A stretch of DNA of 63,996 bases, filler included, from Hyphochytrium catenoides (lineage: Eukaryota > Protista > Hyphochytriomycota): NCBI GenBank assembly GCA_900088475.1. It is 9 parts of 9 records of this genome, joined end to end, with 100 filler letters (N's around TTAATTAATTAA, not from the genome) between each part and the next. Parts side by side here need not be neighbours in the genome. Positions count along the whole stretch, not along the records: positions 1 to 3,462 come from FLMG01003068.1; positions 3,563 to 29,898 come from FLMG01004265.1; 7 more parts are not named here. One strand, 5' to 3'. Position numbers and translations under genes: made by a program. Shown one piece after another: positions 1 through 13,700 of the stretch. Numbering within the stretch: position 1 is the first letter of the stretch; each line of letters starts with the position of its first letter. A model generated the notes under the pieces. The model did no database searches. It was not told where the DNA came from and saw nothing but the letters and a program-made list of their open reading frames with translations.

Positions 1-20
1 CTCTTTCTTTTATTCAATCA

Positions 21-3000
21 ATGCACAGTCTGTTGCCTAGAGGTCTGTCTGCCGTGAGCGTAGGCAGGGCTGGACCACTATCGTCAATAAGGCGAAATGG
101 GTTGGATCTAAGAGGACGAGGATCGAGCTCTATTGACAGGTCTGCAACGCCCGAAGCAGCAGTATTGCCTCAGACGACACGGAGAAAGCGGCACTATGTG
201 CGGAACGCAGCGGTCTCATTGGCTGCAGCAACCGGGCTCTACATCCTAGTAGACGACGACCGAAGGTGCAAAATGCCTCAAACCTTATAACCTAACTTAT
301 AATGAGCACCGGCGTCCTCTATGGCTGCTTTCGCTGTCATTTTCTCTTCGCACTGCGTATCTCGTCTTTTCCCTTGATATTTGTCATTTTCTTTGATATA
401 TGTCTGGCGCACGCCGCTTGGCTTGTGAAGTTGTCTTCTATGACGGCCTCTGTGAGATCTTGCTTTCTATGCTGCAGATTTGCTTAGTAGTATACCCCAG
501 GTATAACTCCCTGATCTATTTGGAGGGCACGAGGAGGGCCGCCCGCACCACTATCGCAGGCTTGGCATCCATTGCTGACACACGTTATACCTTGAGAGAG
601 AAGGATGGGTTGAAGTTGTACACGAAGGAAGACAGGCACCAGCTTTCTCTCAGAATAGCTCAGAGGATCCTTGACGTCTGCCTGTAAGTTATTGTCATCC
701 TTGGCTCCCTTGTCCAAATGCTCCCTCTCACACCTCTTCTTTCGCTTCGCACCCGTTTCCCGGGCTGCTCTTGCTTTCCAATACTACGCAGCTGATGATT
801 ATCCTATTCAAGAGGCATTGCACCCGTTCATTCATAGACCGCCTTGCTGTCTACATACATTGCATTACTTTTTTAGACACAGCCTGTAGCTGTGGTCTTA
901 TGCCCTGTTGCGCTCTCCTACTCTACTGCCTTCATCCACGACTAGGAAGAACGGAGGAATGTTTACCAAGCTAGGTCAGCATTTGGCCTCCATGAACCAC
1001 GCCCTGCCTTCCGAAGTATGCGAGACGCTATCAGTCCTGCAGGACAGGGCTATTGGAGTGGCATACGAGGTAAGACACCTAGTGCCGCCGTTTTTGGGTG
1101 TATAATATGGAGGTTAGGAATGGTGGCACAAGCCGGATGGAGAGAATTTGTTGACCGGATATCCTTACTTAGGAGGTAGACCGTGCGGTGCGGAAAGAGT
1201 TCGGCCGGCCGATAGAGGAATTATTTGATGAGTTTGAAGCCCAGCCCATAGCAGCCGCCTCTCTAGCACAAGTCCATAGGGCGAAGAGGAAAGGAGGGTT
1301 AGAAAAGCTTGCCGTGAAGGTAAGCGGACCGTCTTACAAGTTTTGCCTTCTATACCTATGTGATGGTGGGCGATAAGACCAACTTGCTTCTCACAAGTTT
1401 CCTAAATAGCTGGTCTCTAAGCTTTCTTACACCGTCTGGCTGCATTCGCCATTGTCATGAGTGTCTTCCGCTCCTTTGGCCGCGCTAAGTCTTTTCGCTT
1501 AGATTCAGTACCCCCATCTAGAGACTCAAACACGGGGCGACCTTCTTATTCTTGAGGCGTTGCTGCGTGTGATAGAGTTTTTCTTTCCACACTTTGCCTT
1601 TACCTGGATCTTGCCAGAGTTTGAGAAACATCTCAGCAATGAGGTATAAAGAGGAGATATAAACCCGACGACCCCTAGTACGGTGCCGTTTTCTCTGAGA
1701 TGGCACTTGCACCCCTCCGTTTGTCTGGTGTGATCTTTTGCGTCTATGGGTTTCTTTGATGGCCCCGCCGCTGTTGGCGTTCAAACTGGATACTTACGAG
1801 ACATGATCTAAATCCCCGGACACCTTCCGCGTTCATGATTCTAACGAATGATAGAAAATAAGCGCCTTCTCTTTTCTCTCCCGCTTAGATGGACTTTCGG
1901 ATAGAGAGGAATAATGCCGAACTAGCGGCCAACATCCTCGAAAATCAGCGCTACAAGGGGAGAAAGGGTGCATTTTATGTCCCCAAGACGTACGAGACCC
2001 TCTCTGGCAAGAAAGTGCTTTCCATGGAGTTCGTTGAGGGCTTCAAGGTCAGTGTCTTGCAGGCTCACATCTTCCTTGTCTACTTTCCATGAGGGCATTA
2101 GTGGGTGCCATGCCATTACGATCTCTGATGATTTCTATCGCAGGTCAATGACGTCCACAGCATCGAGGCCGCAGGATTTAGTAAAGAAGAGATATCCTGC
2201 CTTGTAGTAGAAGCCTTCAGCTCGATGATCTATTGCCATGGCTTTGTTCATGGAGACCCTCACCCAGGAAACATCCTTCTAAGGTACTAAAAGATAAGAA
2301 GTCCTGCATACATCATTCATAGGACGAATAGGTCGATAAGAGTAGTTCAGACAAACATGCAGCGGCTGGGTGATGTAGAGAGGACAAATTGGGGTCTGAA
2401 AAGCCTGAAAGCGATGTGGGAGCTGAACACCCGGAGATCTGTAGGTTGTTCAGGTACTAATGTGGTCGTTGTTAGGCCTACTCCAGGTACCCAGATAGCG
2501 AAACCACAACCCCAGGTAGGAGGCCGAGACCAACAGTCCCACACTTAGACTTCATCTAATCGTTGTGACCTGACCTTCTTCGCGGCCTTCGGTCTTGAGG
2601 TTTCATGACGGTCGAAACCACGCTCCCACTTCTAACATAGCAGTTTTAGTTGGTTCTCCTAGATCATGGCTTATACATCCAGCTGCCAGAAGATTTGCGG
2701 CTCGCTTACTGTGAGCTTTGGAAGGCGCTCCTTACTAGAGATCAGCAGCTCCTAGACACGGCAGCGCAAAAACTAGGTGAGTTAATGCGAGAGCCCATTT
2801 GCTAGATAGCTTTAAATAGCTAGGAAATAGCAGGAACGTAGATAAGTACGAACCAACACTTGCATATAGCGTCTGCTGAAGTACCCTTTTTCTTCAGGGG
2901 TAGGAGAATTTGCTCCTTACCTGCCACTCATTTTCACGTTCCGGACCTTGGGCACGCGAGCTCCAATGGGAACAAAGATGCTTCCTGCAGAGAGAGCTGA

Positions 3001-3253
3001 GCTCAAAGAGAAATATAAGGGAAGAGGAGCAGGAGACTGGATCAAGGAAGTAAGAGGATATCGGATTCCTGCAAGAAACACAGACTCCGTCTCTTGATAC
3101 TGAGTTATTGTCTTGTTCCGAATCCATTTGTCGCCAATCCCGCAAATCTAGGTGAATGAGTTCCTTCAGCGAATGCCACGAGAGATGCTTTTCGTCCTTC
3201 GAGTAAACAACTTGATTCGCTCTTTAAACAAGGATCTTCAGGGTGACAGCAGG
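21..3253 (+). CDS. ABC1/AarF-domain atypical kinase (ADCK1/5-like), multi-exon; last exon unresolved before the contig break
   Basis: Spliced peptides: KNGGMFTKLGQHLASMNHALP, PIAAASLAQVHRA...LAVK/IQYP, MDFRIERNN, VLSMEFVEG, GFVHGDPHPGNILL, LLDHGL, MPREMLFVLRVNNLIRSLN. GT-AG introns. The Arg/Ser-rich N-terminus resembles a targeting peptide. Confidence 0.9.
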
Positions 3254-3462
3254 TAATATAGACCCTATTTCCCACGTCCTGAAGGTTTGGAGCTTGTTTC
3301 CAGCTCAATCAAGGATGCTAGAGTTTCTTCGTCTGCTGACGAATGGAACCATCTGTCGTCTTCAGTTGTAATTGATAATGGGCTACGGTTCACACCATAC
3401 CATGTCCTACACTGGTCGACTGACTCTATTGCATGACTGTTTCAAGCCTACGATTTAAGATC

Positions 3463-3562
3463 NNNNNNNNNNNNNNNNNNNNNNNNNNNNNNNNNNNNNN
3501 NNNNNNTTAATTAATTAANNNNNNNNNNNNNNNNNNNNNNNNNNNNNNNNNNNNNNNNNNNN
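3463..3562. other. Artificial contig spacer N44-TTAATTAATTAA-N44 (also 29899-29998, 54456-54555, 57419-57518, 58826-58925, 59937-60036, 61563-61662, 62893-62992)
   Basis: The same 100-nt structure with a six-frame stop linker occurs eight times, and genes are cut at these points. Confidence 0.97.
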
Positions 3563-6500
3563 ATAGTCTGTCAGTTTGTGTTTCTGATTTCTCGGTAGGA
3601 TGAAGGAGTACGGATATTTAAGGTTGACCAGCGTCTCCTCGTCTTCACCATCCAGCCGCCTTGCCTCTCGAATACCACTTAGAAAGGCGCCATGCGCAGT
3701 CGAAGGATATTCCTTAATGGTAGCTTCCCCGGCGAAGAGGAGGCGAAGGGACGAGCGAGCGGAGGGTGAAAGAGAACCTTTGAAGGCCACGGGCCTACCC
3801 ATGGCTTCGTAGTCTTCCCCAGAGGATCCAACAGGGAGGAATGAGTAGGAACCTCTCGCGTATTCATCTCTCCCCCATCGAGTGACATGGAAAGACACCG
3901 GGTCCGGCGCCTTGCGGGCTATCTAATTGGACAAAAGCACTAATGAGGGAACATTGAAGGAGACTTAACAAGATCGGCAAGGCTTCATGTCGTACCGTTC
4001 TAAGCACTGCCATAGCTTCCAAGACTAGTCGCTGNNNNNNNNNNNNNNNNNNNNNNNNNNNNNNNNNNNNNNNNNNNNNNNNNNNNNGTTGGACTACCTC
4101 CAGCTGGCGTCGCGTCCATGAAGAGGAAGAAGAGTCCCTTCTTCTCTCCAGTGTACCCCAGAAAGTCGGCACTATCATCCCAGAACTTTGTATCAAACCT
4201 AAGTACTATTTTATTAACGACTCCGTATCCTAGGCGTCGGATAGCGAGGAGTTTGTCTTGCGGCAGAGCTGGCCTGAACTTGATCACACTGGGTTTGTTG
4301 AGCCACAATACGTGAAAGGGGTAAGACAGAAACGATGACTTTGTGCTAAGTGGAAACGCAGATCGCCGAGGATGAGTGGTCATCAAGATGTAAGTGCAGA
4401 AGCAACTTTACGGTGGCACAACAGGGTAGATGATAAGATGAAGAATTTAGCTGGCACATCGCGGTAGTTACCAATATCACTTACTTGGCCTTCAATACTC
4501 CTAAAGGAACGGTGCAAACGACAGCGTCGCAAGAGAGAGAAGATCCATCTTTGAGCTCAAGCTTTACTCCCTCTTCATCATAGCTAACCACGTCCACAGC
4601 GGCATTAAGTCTAACATTCAGATCTCGCGCCAACAGAGACAAGATGGTAGAGAGTCCCGTTTCCACCATACAATGGTCACCCTTGAACTCATTGGGGTCA
4701 TCCTGAACGAGAGCAAGAATAGAGCGAAGCCTGCTGAGGACATCCCAGGGCACAATAAAGGAAATAATCAAGAAGGCCATTACCTGGTCCCAATGAAGAT
4801 GGGACAGTTCGCTTAGTGTGGCCCCGCAGGCAAACTCGATGTTAGCGCAGTGCCAGTTGAGAGCCCGTGACTATCAGATAGTGCATAGTGTAAGACAAGG
4901 AAGTCTATGACCCAACTGCCACTACACTATCAAACCTCGCATGTAGGACAACAGCAAAGCGAGACAGAATAGGCACAGATACAGCTCCAAAGATTGACAA
5001 TAGGACGAAGATGCATATGTAAAGCAGAACGCGGAGCTAACCTCCTCTGGTGAGAGCGATCTCCCTCTTTCCAATTGGTGCAGGATACCACCCATTACTT
5101 CCCTATTAACAAGGTTACAATATCGCGTCAAGGGACAGCTAAGGAGGTCATAAAGGACCAATGCTACTTACTGCAGTGGCTGATCTCTAAGCTTTGCCGG
5201 GCTGATTGTCCCCTCCGTCCTCCGCCGTCTCCTCTCATCGGCTCGCTCAAGCAGCTCCTAGGGAGAGGAAAGGGTAGAGTTAGGCGGGTTGAACTGAAGG
5301 TGCAAGGACGTTAATATCAAAGGCGGTGTTACATTGAATAAAGCCTCTGCAGCTCTGTCCACCTGCCTATCAAGGACTCTTCCGTCCGTATCATACAAGA
5401 TGCACTTCCTCATCCGCTTAAGGCCTAAATTCGCATCCACCGCTCTTTGGAGCGAGCGAAGTACGGGATCGAATAGAGTAACCAAAGAGACCGAGAGTAA
5501 GAAAAGGGCTTGATGGTAAAGGGACAGTTAGGATACGGCCAGTGAGGAGAAGATCGAGTAGGAGGAGCAAAGGAAGTCCTGCTCGTACTCCCCAGCACCA
5601 GTGAGATTCAAAGTACTTACAGAAGAGTCAGCGGATTCCTATTGATGCCATGGATGATGGCACCGCCTAACTCCGCCTTCCCTCCAGCTTCATCTCCAGC
5701 GGCATAGATTCTACCTCCAATACGGTCTCTCGCCTCCACTAAGCAACAACCGACACCATGATGACGAGACCACAAGAGAGAAGGTGAGAGGGGATAGCTC
5801 ATCTAAGGCGCCAAAGATGAAGGCAACGCCGCGCAAAGCATCGTTGAGAGTGGTTGGAGAAAGATGATACGAGGACGGAAGGCCCTCAGTCACAGCCTCA
5901 AAGGAATGTTGTACAGAGTCCAAGGGGCCAAACCCGTTACTGCTACAGTCGACGACCAACCTACCTACAAGTACATCATGTCCGCGATGTTTTAGCTCAG
6001 CGGCGCACGCCAGGCCTAAAGAGGGAGGGAAAGGGCGGCAGGTCTCCACAGTCAGGCAGAAGTTTTGGGCACAAGGATGTAGAGGACTCTGACGTACCTG
6101 CAATCCCAGCACCAATCACTATGACTTTCATACTCCTGGCTCGTTCTGCTAACTACGATAAAAGATTTCTTCCCACGAGTCCATCAGTGCTCCAGATACA
6201 GGATTCTGGCTAATGCACTAGCACTGCAAAACCAGGTAACGCTCAGATCTTCTTTCCTTTATCTTCGCCCTTCCGCCGTCGAGCTATTATACTTTCTCGC
6301 TCTGCCCCATCAGCGTCGTCAGCGTGCTGCTCCCGCTTCAGATATGCGAAGACAGACTGCCAGGTAAGAACTGGTCACAGTAAGAAGGATGAATCCACTA
6401 CCATGCTTGCAGACTCAGATGCCCACCATCACCTCCAGCTCTGCTGCCTTTCCATCGTCTAGCTCTATAAAAGTTGTTTGTCGCTCCTTGTGCCTTCTAT

Positions 6501-7117
6501 TCTTTGGACTACGTCCGACGCCCCATGACCTTTCTTCGTAGCTCCTTATTAGCCACTCTGCACATCGTTTTGACAGCTCTGTTCTCTCCTGCCATCATGA
6601 GCTTCACCAGGAAGGAAGGCGAAGGCGAGGGTAGAACTAGAGCCAGGACACCAGCAGCAGCCAAGGCAAACAGCACCTTCTGTCTCTTCTTCTCCTCTCT
6701 TTCTCTCTTTCACTCTCTTGTTGTCCCTTCTCTCTTCAGTCATCCATCACAACGGACTTCGAGTTGCAGTCCCTTCAAACACACGCTCCTACCTCATCCA
6801 CTAGATCAAACGCAGCGTTAAGGATCCAGTTTCGCTATGGCAGGACACTGCTATGGCAAACACATAGTCAAACCCAGATGTCGTCTCAAACCCACAGTCC
6901 GTGGAACATGATGATTGTGCCCGGTTCTTATCTGGGTTTCTACTAGAGAAACAGAAGAGAATCCCATCCACCCTCCTGTAGTAATATGCCCGGACCTGTT
7001 GATATCGGTAGAGTGGTTCAGCGTGTTTATGGGTGGATGTGGTAATATTTGCACACAAAGTATGGGCGTTTCGTTTAGGAAAGTGCCGTCCTTTTCTGTT
7101 CTCTCCCCCTTCCACTC

Positions 7118-7168
<51 letters not shown>

Positions 7169-7666
7169 GTCTCTCTGTTCTTCTCTCTCTTTCACTCTCT
7201 TTCACACTCTCTCTCTCTCTTCCCTTCTCTCTTTTTCTCACTCCCTACTTTCTCTCCCTCTTCCTGGCCCCTCCCTTTCTCTCTTCACCTCCTCCTCTGT
7301 ACCTCTGCCAGTTCATGTCTGACTGGCACTTCAAGCGCTCTTCTTCCCTTCACCTCAACTCGTTTGCATCTCTCTCCACCTTTATTCTTCTTCGTCCTGG
7401 TCAAGACTCAGGACTCATCTGATAGCTCAACAGTCACACCAGGAGCTTGGGGATAACAAGGGACGATGAGAGAGTGATGATGGTGCTAGTGAGGGGAGGA
7501 GATGCGGAAGGTTCAGGCGCAGCGCCGTGAGGCAGCTCAACCAAGATGCTGGCCTATAGAAGCTCCTAGTGCGAGAGGAAGGCCAAGCGAGCAGCGTGGA
7601 GAGGAAAGACACACTGAGGCCTGGCGCTTGTTCACAAGGCAGGGCCGGGCGGGCGGGGTTGTACAC
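3563..7666 (-). CDS. LSD1/KDM1-family FAD-dependent histone demethylase-like protein (SWIRM-like + amine oxidase, no tower); both ends run into gaps
   Basis: VIVIGAGIAGLACA...EARDRIGGRI (FAD binding), ELGGAIIHGINRNPL, NWHCANIEFACGATLSELSHLHWDQDD, CTVPLGVLK, LGYGVVNKIVLRF (catalytic Lys present), TRWGRDEYARGSYS, FAGEATIKEYPSTAHGAFLSG. Upstream exons (6200-7400) splice to AYYYRRRNWILNAA...SVFAYLKRE (SWIRM-like) and are less certain. Confidence 0.85.
7096..7300. repeat. (CT)n/(GA)n microsatellite, representative of many (also 30430-30720, 47220-47320, 52130-52670, 53210-53272, 57980-58040, 60488-60600, 63700-63996)
   Basis: Read directly; mostly intronic and often next to assembly gaps. Confidence 0.95.
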
Positions 7667-7761
7667 NNNNNNNNNNNNNNNNNNNNNNNNNNNNNNNNNN
7701 AGATAAGGCGGTTTAATATTATGATACAGCTTATAACTTACATCGGAGCCAGAGGATGCAG

Positions 7762-10700
7762 CTAATGATGCTCAGTCTCCGGCACTTTCTCTTCACTCAC
7801 ATTCGCAGATGAAGGTGGTTCTGGCTTTAGACTCTCTCGAATGTCCAACGAACCAGCCAGAGATCCTGCCGTCACTTTGTTTTCCCCAATAGAGGCAGCT
7901 GGGGAAGGAGAGCGTGCAGGACTGGCACTTGGCTGATCTGTCGTCTTTCTTTTCTTCCTTGCCTGAGCAGAGGCAGGAGGCATGAGTTTCCTCTTGTTAA
8001 CGCCCAAAAAGTCCTTCTTGGACACTTTCAGCTTGACCGCAGTATCATCATCCTCTCCTGTCTTCTGCATCTGGATGAATGCAGGCGACACGAACTCCTT
8101 TCGTTCCCCTTGCTTTTCTTCTTCCTTGTCTTCGGGGGGCACGTCATCTTCCCTTACAGGCGTCGTAGCGACGCTGCTGGATGGAGATGATAAAGTCTTC
8201 TTGCGGCGCGAGGCCTCTAGAATGTTACGCACAGTCCGGACACGGCTCTGAGGACAGTCTACGAGGTCGATGGGGCCCGCAGCATTGCCCCTGAGGTCAT
8301 TCCCTTCTAAAACAGCTTTGCCTCCCTTGTAGACCCTCACCCCGGGCCCTCCATTGCTCCCGATGACGTTGTCCCTTAGCAGCGCCGTCCCAAGGAAGAG
8401 GGAGAAGGAGCTTGACTCGTTATTCATGAGAGAGTTGTTTAGAAGCGCAGCAGAGCCATTGGAGATAAAGATTGCACTTCCAGTCGCCGCTCCATAGAGC
8501 TTGCAATTTGCCATAAGGAGCTGGCTGCCTGCGTGTTCGGAAGAGGAGACAGAAATGAGCAGTGGAAGGAGGAAGAGGTGAAAAGAGGAAGCGGACAGGG
8601 GGAATATAAGTAAAGCGATTCTTGATAAGCTGGAGATCAAAGATGAGAATGAAGATCACAGCCTTCAGTTAGCTGGTCAGCCGCTAGCCATCTCGTGGTT
8701 CGTAAGCTATCTCCCCTCTTTATATGGCTGAAGGTGAATGAGTAAACAGCTAGGTAGAAGAAGTAGCAGTAGGCCCAGGGAACAGCGGGACATATGGTAT
8801 GAGAGAAGAGAGAGAGAGAGAAGAAGGAAGAAAATTACCTCCTGACACCACGACAGTAGCCCCATAGCTGCCTGCATGATCTACGTCGCATGAATAAATC
8901 CTGACCGTCGACTGCTGCGATAGATGAAGGGTACAGGGCTCGGGGGATACCTCTCCAGTGCGGTCTGGCATCGCCTTCTTGACCGTTACGCCCTCCAGCT
9001 GTCCTCGTGTCCCCTGCCACTCGAGAGAGCCCTTCACTCGGATCAAGACGTTGGGCCCATCGCCCAGAATGCGGACGGGAACGGTGATGCGGAGCTTATT
9101 GACCAGATGCAGGCCACCAGCAAGCAATAGCGTGTCCCCCGCTACACTGTGAGCTATCGCATCACCAAGGTCCGTAAACCTTCTCTCCCTCTGGATTCTC
9201 CTTTCCATGCTTTCTGTCCGTTCTCGCATTTCTCTCTCTTCACGTTCACGAATATCTTCAGCTTCAAAAGAAGGCTCCACGTGCAGCCACAGAGCTCTAT
9301 TATTGACTGCAGCCTTCCAAGACCGACAAAGCAAGGATGCAACGGGGCGCTCGGATGCGGGATTCAGGTACCTGCCGTGGGATTGTAGATGTTAGCGTGC
9401 CTAGATGCGCGAAGACAAATGCAAATGAAACCAGTCATAGGTCGCGCTTCGTATCTTTACTGGTTAAACGTTACCTTGCTATGCGTTGTATGAGATCTGT
9501 TGGCATTCCTGCGTACTTCAGTCTCATCACGCGCTCTCTCTCCTCTCTCTTCACTAGCACAGCAGGTTTGGTCCAAGTGGCCTCATGCGTGTCCATGTCA
9601 TAGAAGTAAGTATGGCCGCTTCCGTTATCTACCATTTCAACCCAGGACTCCCCTGTCATACGCCGACGCTTCTGTTGCTGCCATAAACTTCGGCGCTCTC
9701 TGCATTTGAGGGGCAGAGCGGTTAGATCGACGCCATGGAGCTTGAGGCCAGGAGAAGAGGAAAGCTACAATTTGGGCATATTAGCGATGGATGGATAATC
9801 ATAGCCTCTGAAAATTGCGAAGCGACGATAATATTCGCAAGAGACAGCTTTGAGCCCAGAAAAGAGACAATGCCCTCAACAGGTGACCACTCCGCAAGTG
9901 TAGACTAACCTTTTGAATATGCTTTCAAAGGAGGCTCCGAGGTCCATCTGTCCTGCGATAAGCTCCCCACTCTGTAGCTGTTCTTCTTCCTCTCTCTCCT
10001 TCTGGCGCTCAATCTCCTCTACATCTATTTCTTCAGCCTATTGCCAGTTAAGCCAGTCAGACCGGGACACATCATCCCAACTTACTTCTGCTATTATCTG
10101 GTCACCTTTCTTACATCAACCTCCCGCAAAGACGCTGTATCATTGTAACTCCCGAATTTGGTCGCAAACCCGCCTTTACCGTCTCTCTCATGCTCTCTGT
10201 GGCTCCGAATTTTCTAGTTCACGTCTTTTCCCTCGTTGTGTGGTTACCTCTTCCTCTATGGCTCCAGTAGCCGGAACGGTGACCCAACCCCAAGGCGGGT
10301 CCACTTGCTCTCTAAAGTGTAGCGCTGTCCTTTCTATTGGTCTCAGACTTGCTTCCAGGTTATCGAGGGAAACAGATTGACGCCAAGCCTGCACATTAAG
10401 CGATAACGTCAGGGCAGCCAGCGAGTCCCAGGTCCAACCGTAGCTGTCTTCTCTCGAAGCTCCTTGATAGATAGTTCCATTTGGGTCTCTACCGTTAGAG
10501 CCCAAATTTCCTCCCAGGCGTACCTGGAGTTGTCTCTCTTGTTCCTCTTCCAGCTCCTTTTCCCGTCGCTTCTCTTCTTCCCTTTCCATCTTAACCTGGA
10601 CAGAGAGTGATAAGGAGCTCTGTAGTTAGACTTTCCATGGATGACGGTGAACGGAGTGCTCAGGAGTAATGCTAGTTTACCTTTTCTTTGAGTTCCTTCC

Positions 10701-13700
10701 GCCTCAGCGCGGCTTCTGCCTTCAAATCTATCTTGTCTTTCATCTCTTTGGTTATGGAGCCCTCCGGTCTTTCTCCTTCTCCCTCTGCATCCGACACTTC
10801 TTCATCTTCAACAGCCTCTGCTATATAATAATTTAGTGCGAGATATCTGAGGAGTCTGGTTCTCGGGCTCCTCTCCCTCTTCTCTTTCTCTGCACCTTCC
10901 TCCCTAATCCACTTCTTTCTCTTCGGACACACCTTCGGGCTCATTCTCCATTGCTGTGGAGGGGACTGCACGCTCTGCAAAGTCCAAGTCATCGACTTCA
11001 GCCTCCTTTTGGGCTCCTAGAAGAGTAGAAGTCAGCGACATGTTCGTCCGGACCCGCCAAGCCGAACGGCTTCACAGCGGACACCGGAAGGGGCTCGAGA
11101 CAAGCAACCCGATAGGAGTAGAGATTAGGCCAAAAGTGGAGAGCTCCCTATGTGGGTGTATTGAGACAGGTAATGAACGAGAAGGACCATTTACCTTTCA
11201 TTGCATTGAAGTCATCTTCATCTTCAAGTCGTGCCATTGCCGCCTCGACGTCGGCGGCAGACACCTCAGAGCCGTCCGATAAGTCTTCCTCATCTTCTTC
11301 CTCCAATCCTGCTTCTGATTGTAGGTCTATACTGTTCCTTCTCTCCTCCTCTACCTCTCTCTTCTCATCCTCGGTTAGCTCTTGTATAGGCCCAACAAGT
11401 TCTCTGAGAGACGCCTTGGAAAAGAACTCGGTGTTGAACTTCCCTTTTGACATCACCAGAAAGTCTAGATGACGCTTCTGGTTCGCCTTCCTGCAGAGAC
11501 CATTAGTCGCTACGCTTTGTTCATGAACTGACGGGAGAACATTGCCCAGCATTCCTTCTCTCGTCAAAATCACTATTACGATCCACCGTCGATTGCTCTG
11601 AGTTATAGTGATATCAGGACTCCCATGGTTATAAACAACCTTTGCACCACGTTCTTTCCCTTAGCAAGTGATGACTGCTTCTCTTTATCAACCTTGCGCT
11701 GCGCTATTCTCCCTCTCTCCTTCTCCTTCTTCCCCCACCCCAACCCCCTCTGGAACGTACGTTAGTATGTTTTCCTCCACGGTGTGCTCACTAATGAGTC
11801 TATAAATATGAACATCTCTTGTTTGCCCAATCCGATGGGCCCGATCCTGGGCTTGTGCATCCATCGCTGGATTCCAATCACTATCATAGAATATAACAGT
11901 GTCTGCACCAGTTAGATTGATACCCAGGCCCCCTGATCGAGTCGAAAGAATAAATACGAAGATTTTCTCCTCTTCGTTGAACTTGTCCATGAGCCGCTGT
12001 CTTTGCTCCACTTTGGTGCTGCCGTCGAGACGCAAGTAAGAGTGCCCATGTATGTTTAGAAAGATCTCCAGAATGTCGAGCATCGAGCTCATCTGAGTGA
12101 AGATAAGGCATCGATGGTGTCCTCTCTTGAGCTCGCGTAGGAGTACATCCAGCTCCTGCATTGGTCCACAGGAAGATGTGAAGGTCCAGATTGATGCGCC
12201 CAAAGCCGATGGAGTAGCAGTAAGAATGAGAGATCAGCACAGTGCAGAAACGGAGAGAAACAGAGGACCGCTTACTCTAAGCACCGGTCAATGGGACAAG
12301 ACAAGGTTGTGACTCTTACTCTAAAGTGAATCGTACCTGTAACTTTCCGCAGTCAAATTGCAGAAGGCGCTTGTCTGGGAAGAAGATCTGAGTCCTTTTG
12401 TGCGCCTCATAGTGTGCTGCCACGTGAGGGGCCAGGCACACATTTAATCTTTCTCTAATCTCTCCGCTCTCTCGATCTCGTCTTGCCCAGCCACGATTAA
12501 AGGAAATCTGAGGGACTGCTGAACGGGCCCGCGGCACGTAGACCATAATGTGAGGGACGATAGGGAGCAGAAAGGACGATATTTTATCTTCCAGTCTGGG
12601 CACCAACGCACAGAGGCTTTGTGTTATCCCGAGAAGATGGGCTGGGCTTTGCCTGGCGCCCGGTACTGCTTGAGCTCCCTTCTGAGGTACAGTCAGGAAA
12701 GAACGAAGCCGCCATCCGTACAATGGAGACTTGCCGCATCTATTACATCGGCGAAAAGAGACGATAGGTCAGAGATACAGCTCGAAAACGACCATAGACC
12801 GAGCTGCTAAAAAGGCCATAACTCAAAAGCATGCAAGGGATGGAAGGCAGGCAAGTCAAGGGGAAATGTGGAAGGGCTTCGCTCAGTTGTCGTCAACTTT
12901 CGATCGCCCCGAATAAAGTCAGAACTGACTGCGACACTAGAAGGGATCGAATTACCGTTCTTTGTTCAATGCTGCTAATCTTGTTCTTCTGGCGTCAATC
13001 TCAACTCTCCGCCTTGCATGCAAGGCTATCAAGGCCCGCACTAGGTCATCGGGCGCCTGAGCTCCGAGAGCTGGGGGCTGAGGAAGGGCTGGGAGCAAAC
13101 CCCAGGCGTCTTCTTTTGAATGAAAGAGGCGGGACGGGGGTCTCTGTTCGCGTATTCTTTCTGCTTCCACTTTATCGGGACCCGTCATTTCTAGCCTGAG
13201 GAGGCTGCCGTTTAGAAGGTCCAAAGGACTCTGCTCCCTCGAATCCCTCAAGTTGTTCTCTATCTCTATAACCTCCGAAGGGTAAGCAAGTAGTAGTCCT
13301 TCCATGTCGAAGGAGCTAACGATAGGACGGGGCTCAAACAAATCTGGGTGATTGCACACCTTGAGAATTAAGGTAGGTTAGGTGGGCAGAGCGCGGTCGA
13401 CACCTCAAAGTCAGAAAGGCTGACGGCTGAGATATGAAACTCGGATGAGGCAGGTATATATGGAGCTTGCCCGTCACGCAGGTTAGGCACAAGCAAAGCG
13501 ATAGGATAGTAGATCGCATTGACGCGGAGGTCAAGAGCACCCAGACAAAGGTAAGGAGGACTTTGAATTGGACAGATCACCATGATTAGACTGATGGAGA
13601 TTGAACAAGACAGCTATCCCGAAATAAAGCTTAAACAACAAAGGGCGAACTCTCCGCCTCCCACCTTTCTGAGCTGCATAAGGACGTTCATCATGCCCAA

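Noticed and set aside
3507-3518. Recurrent palindrome TTAATTAATTAA (8 copies) as a biological motif or piggyBac-like TTAA site
   Set aside because: It is always centred in exactly 44 + 44 Ns, so it is an artificial six-frame stop linker.
6900-6995. YYYRRVDGILFCFS resembling a small GTPase
   Set aside because: No GxxxxGKS, DxxG or NKxD motifs; splicing after YYYRR gives a SWIRM-like sequence of the demethylase.
6801-7422. RERE / SLSL ORFs here and at 30170-30900, 47065-47423, 52364-52755, 57839-58207 and 60342-60686
   Set aside because: They are translations of (GA)n/(CT)n microsatellites.
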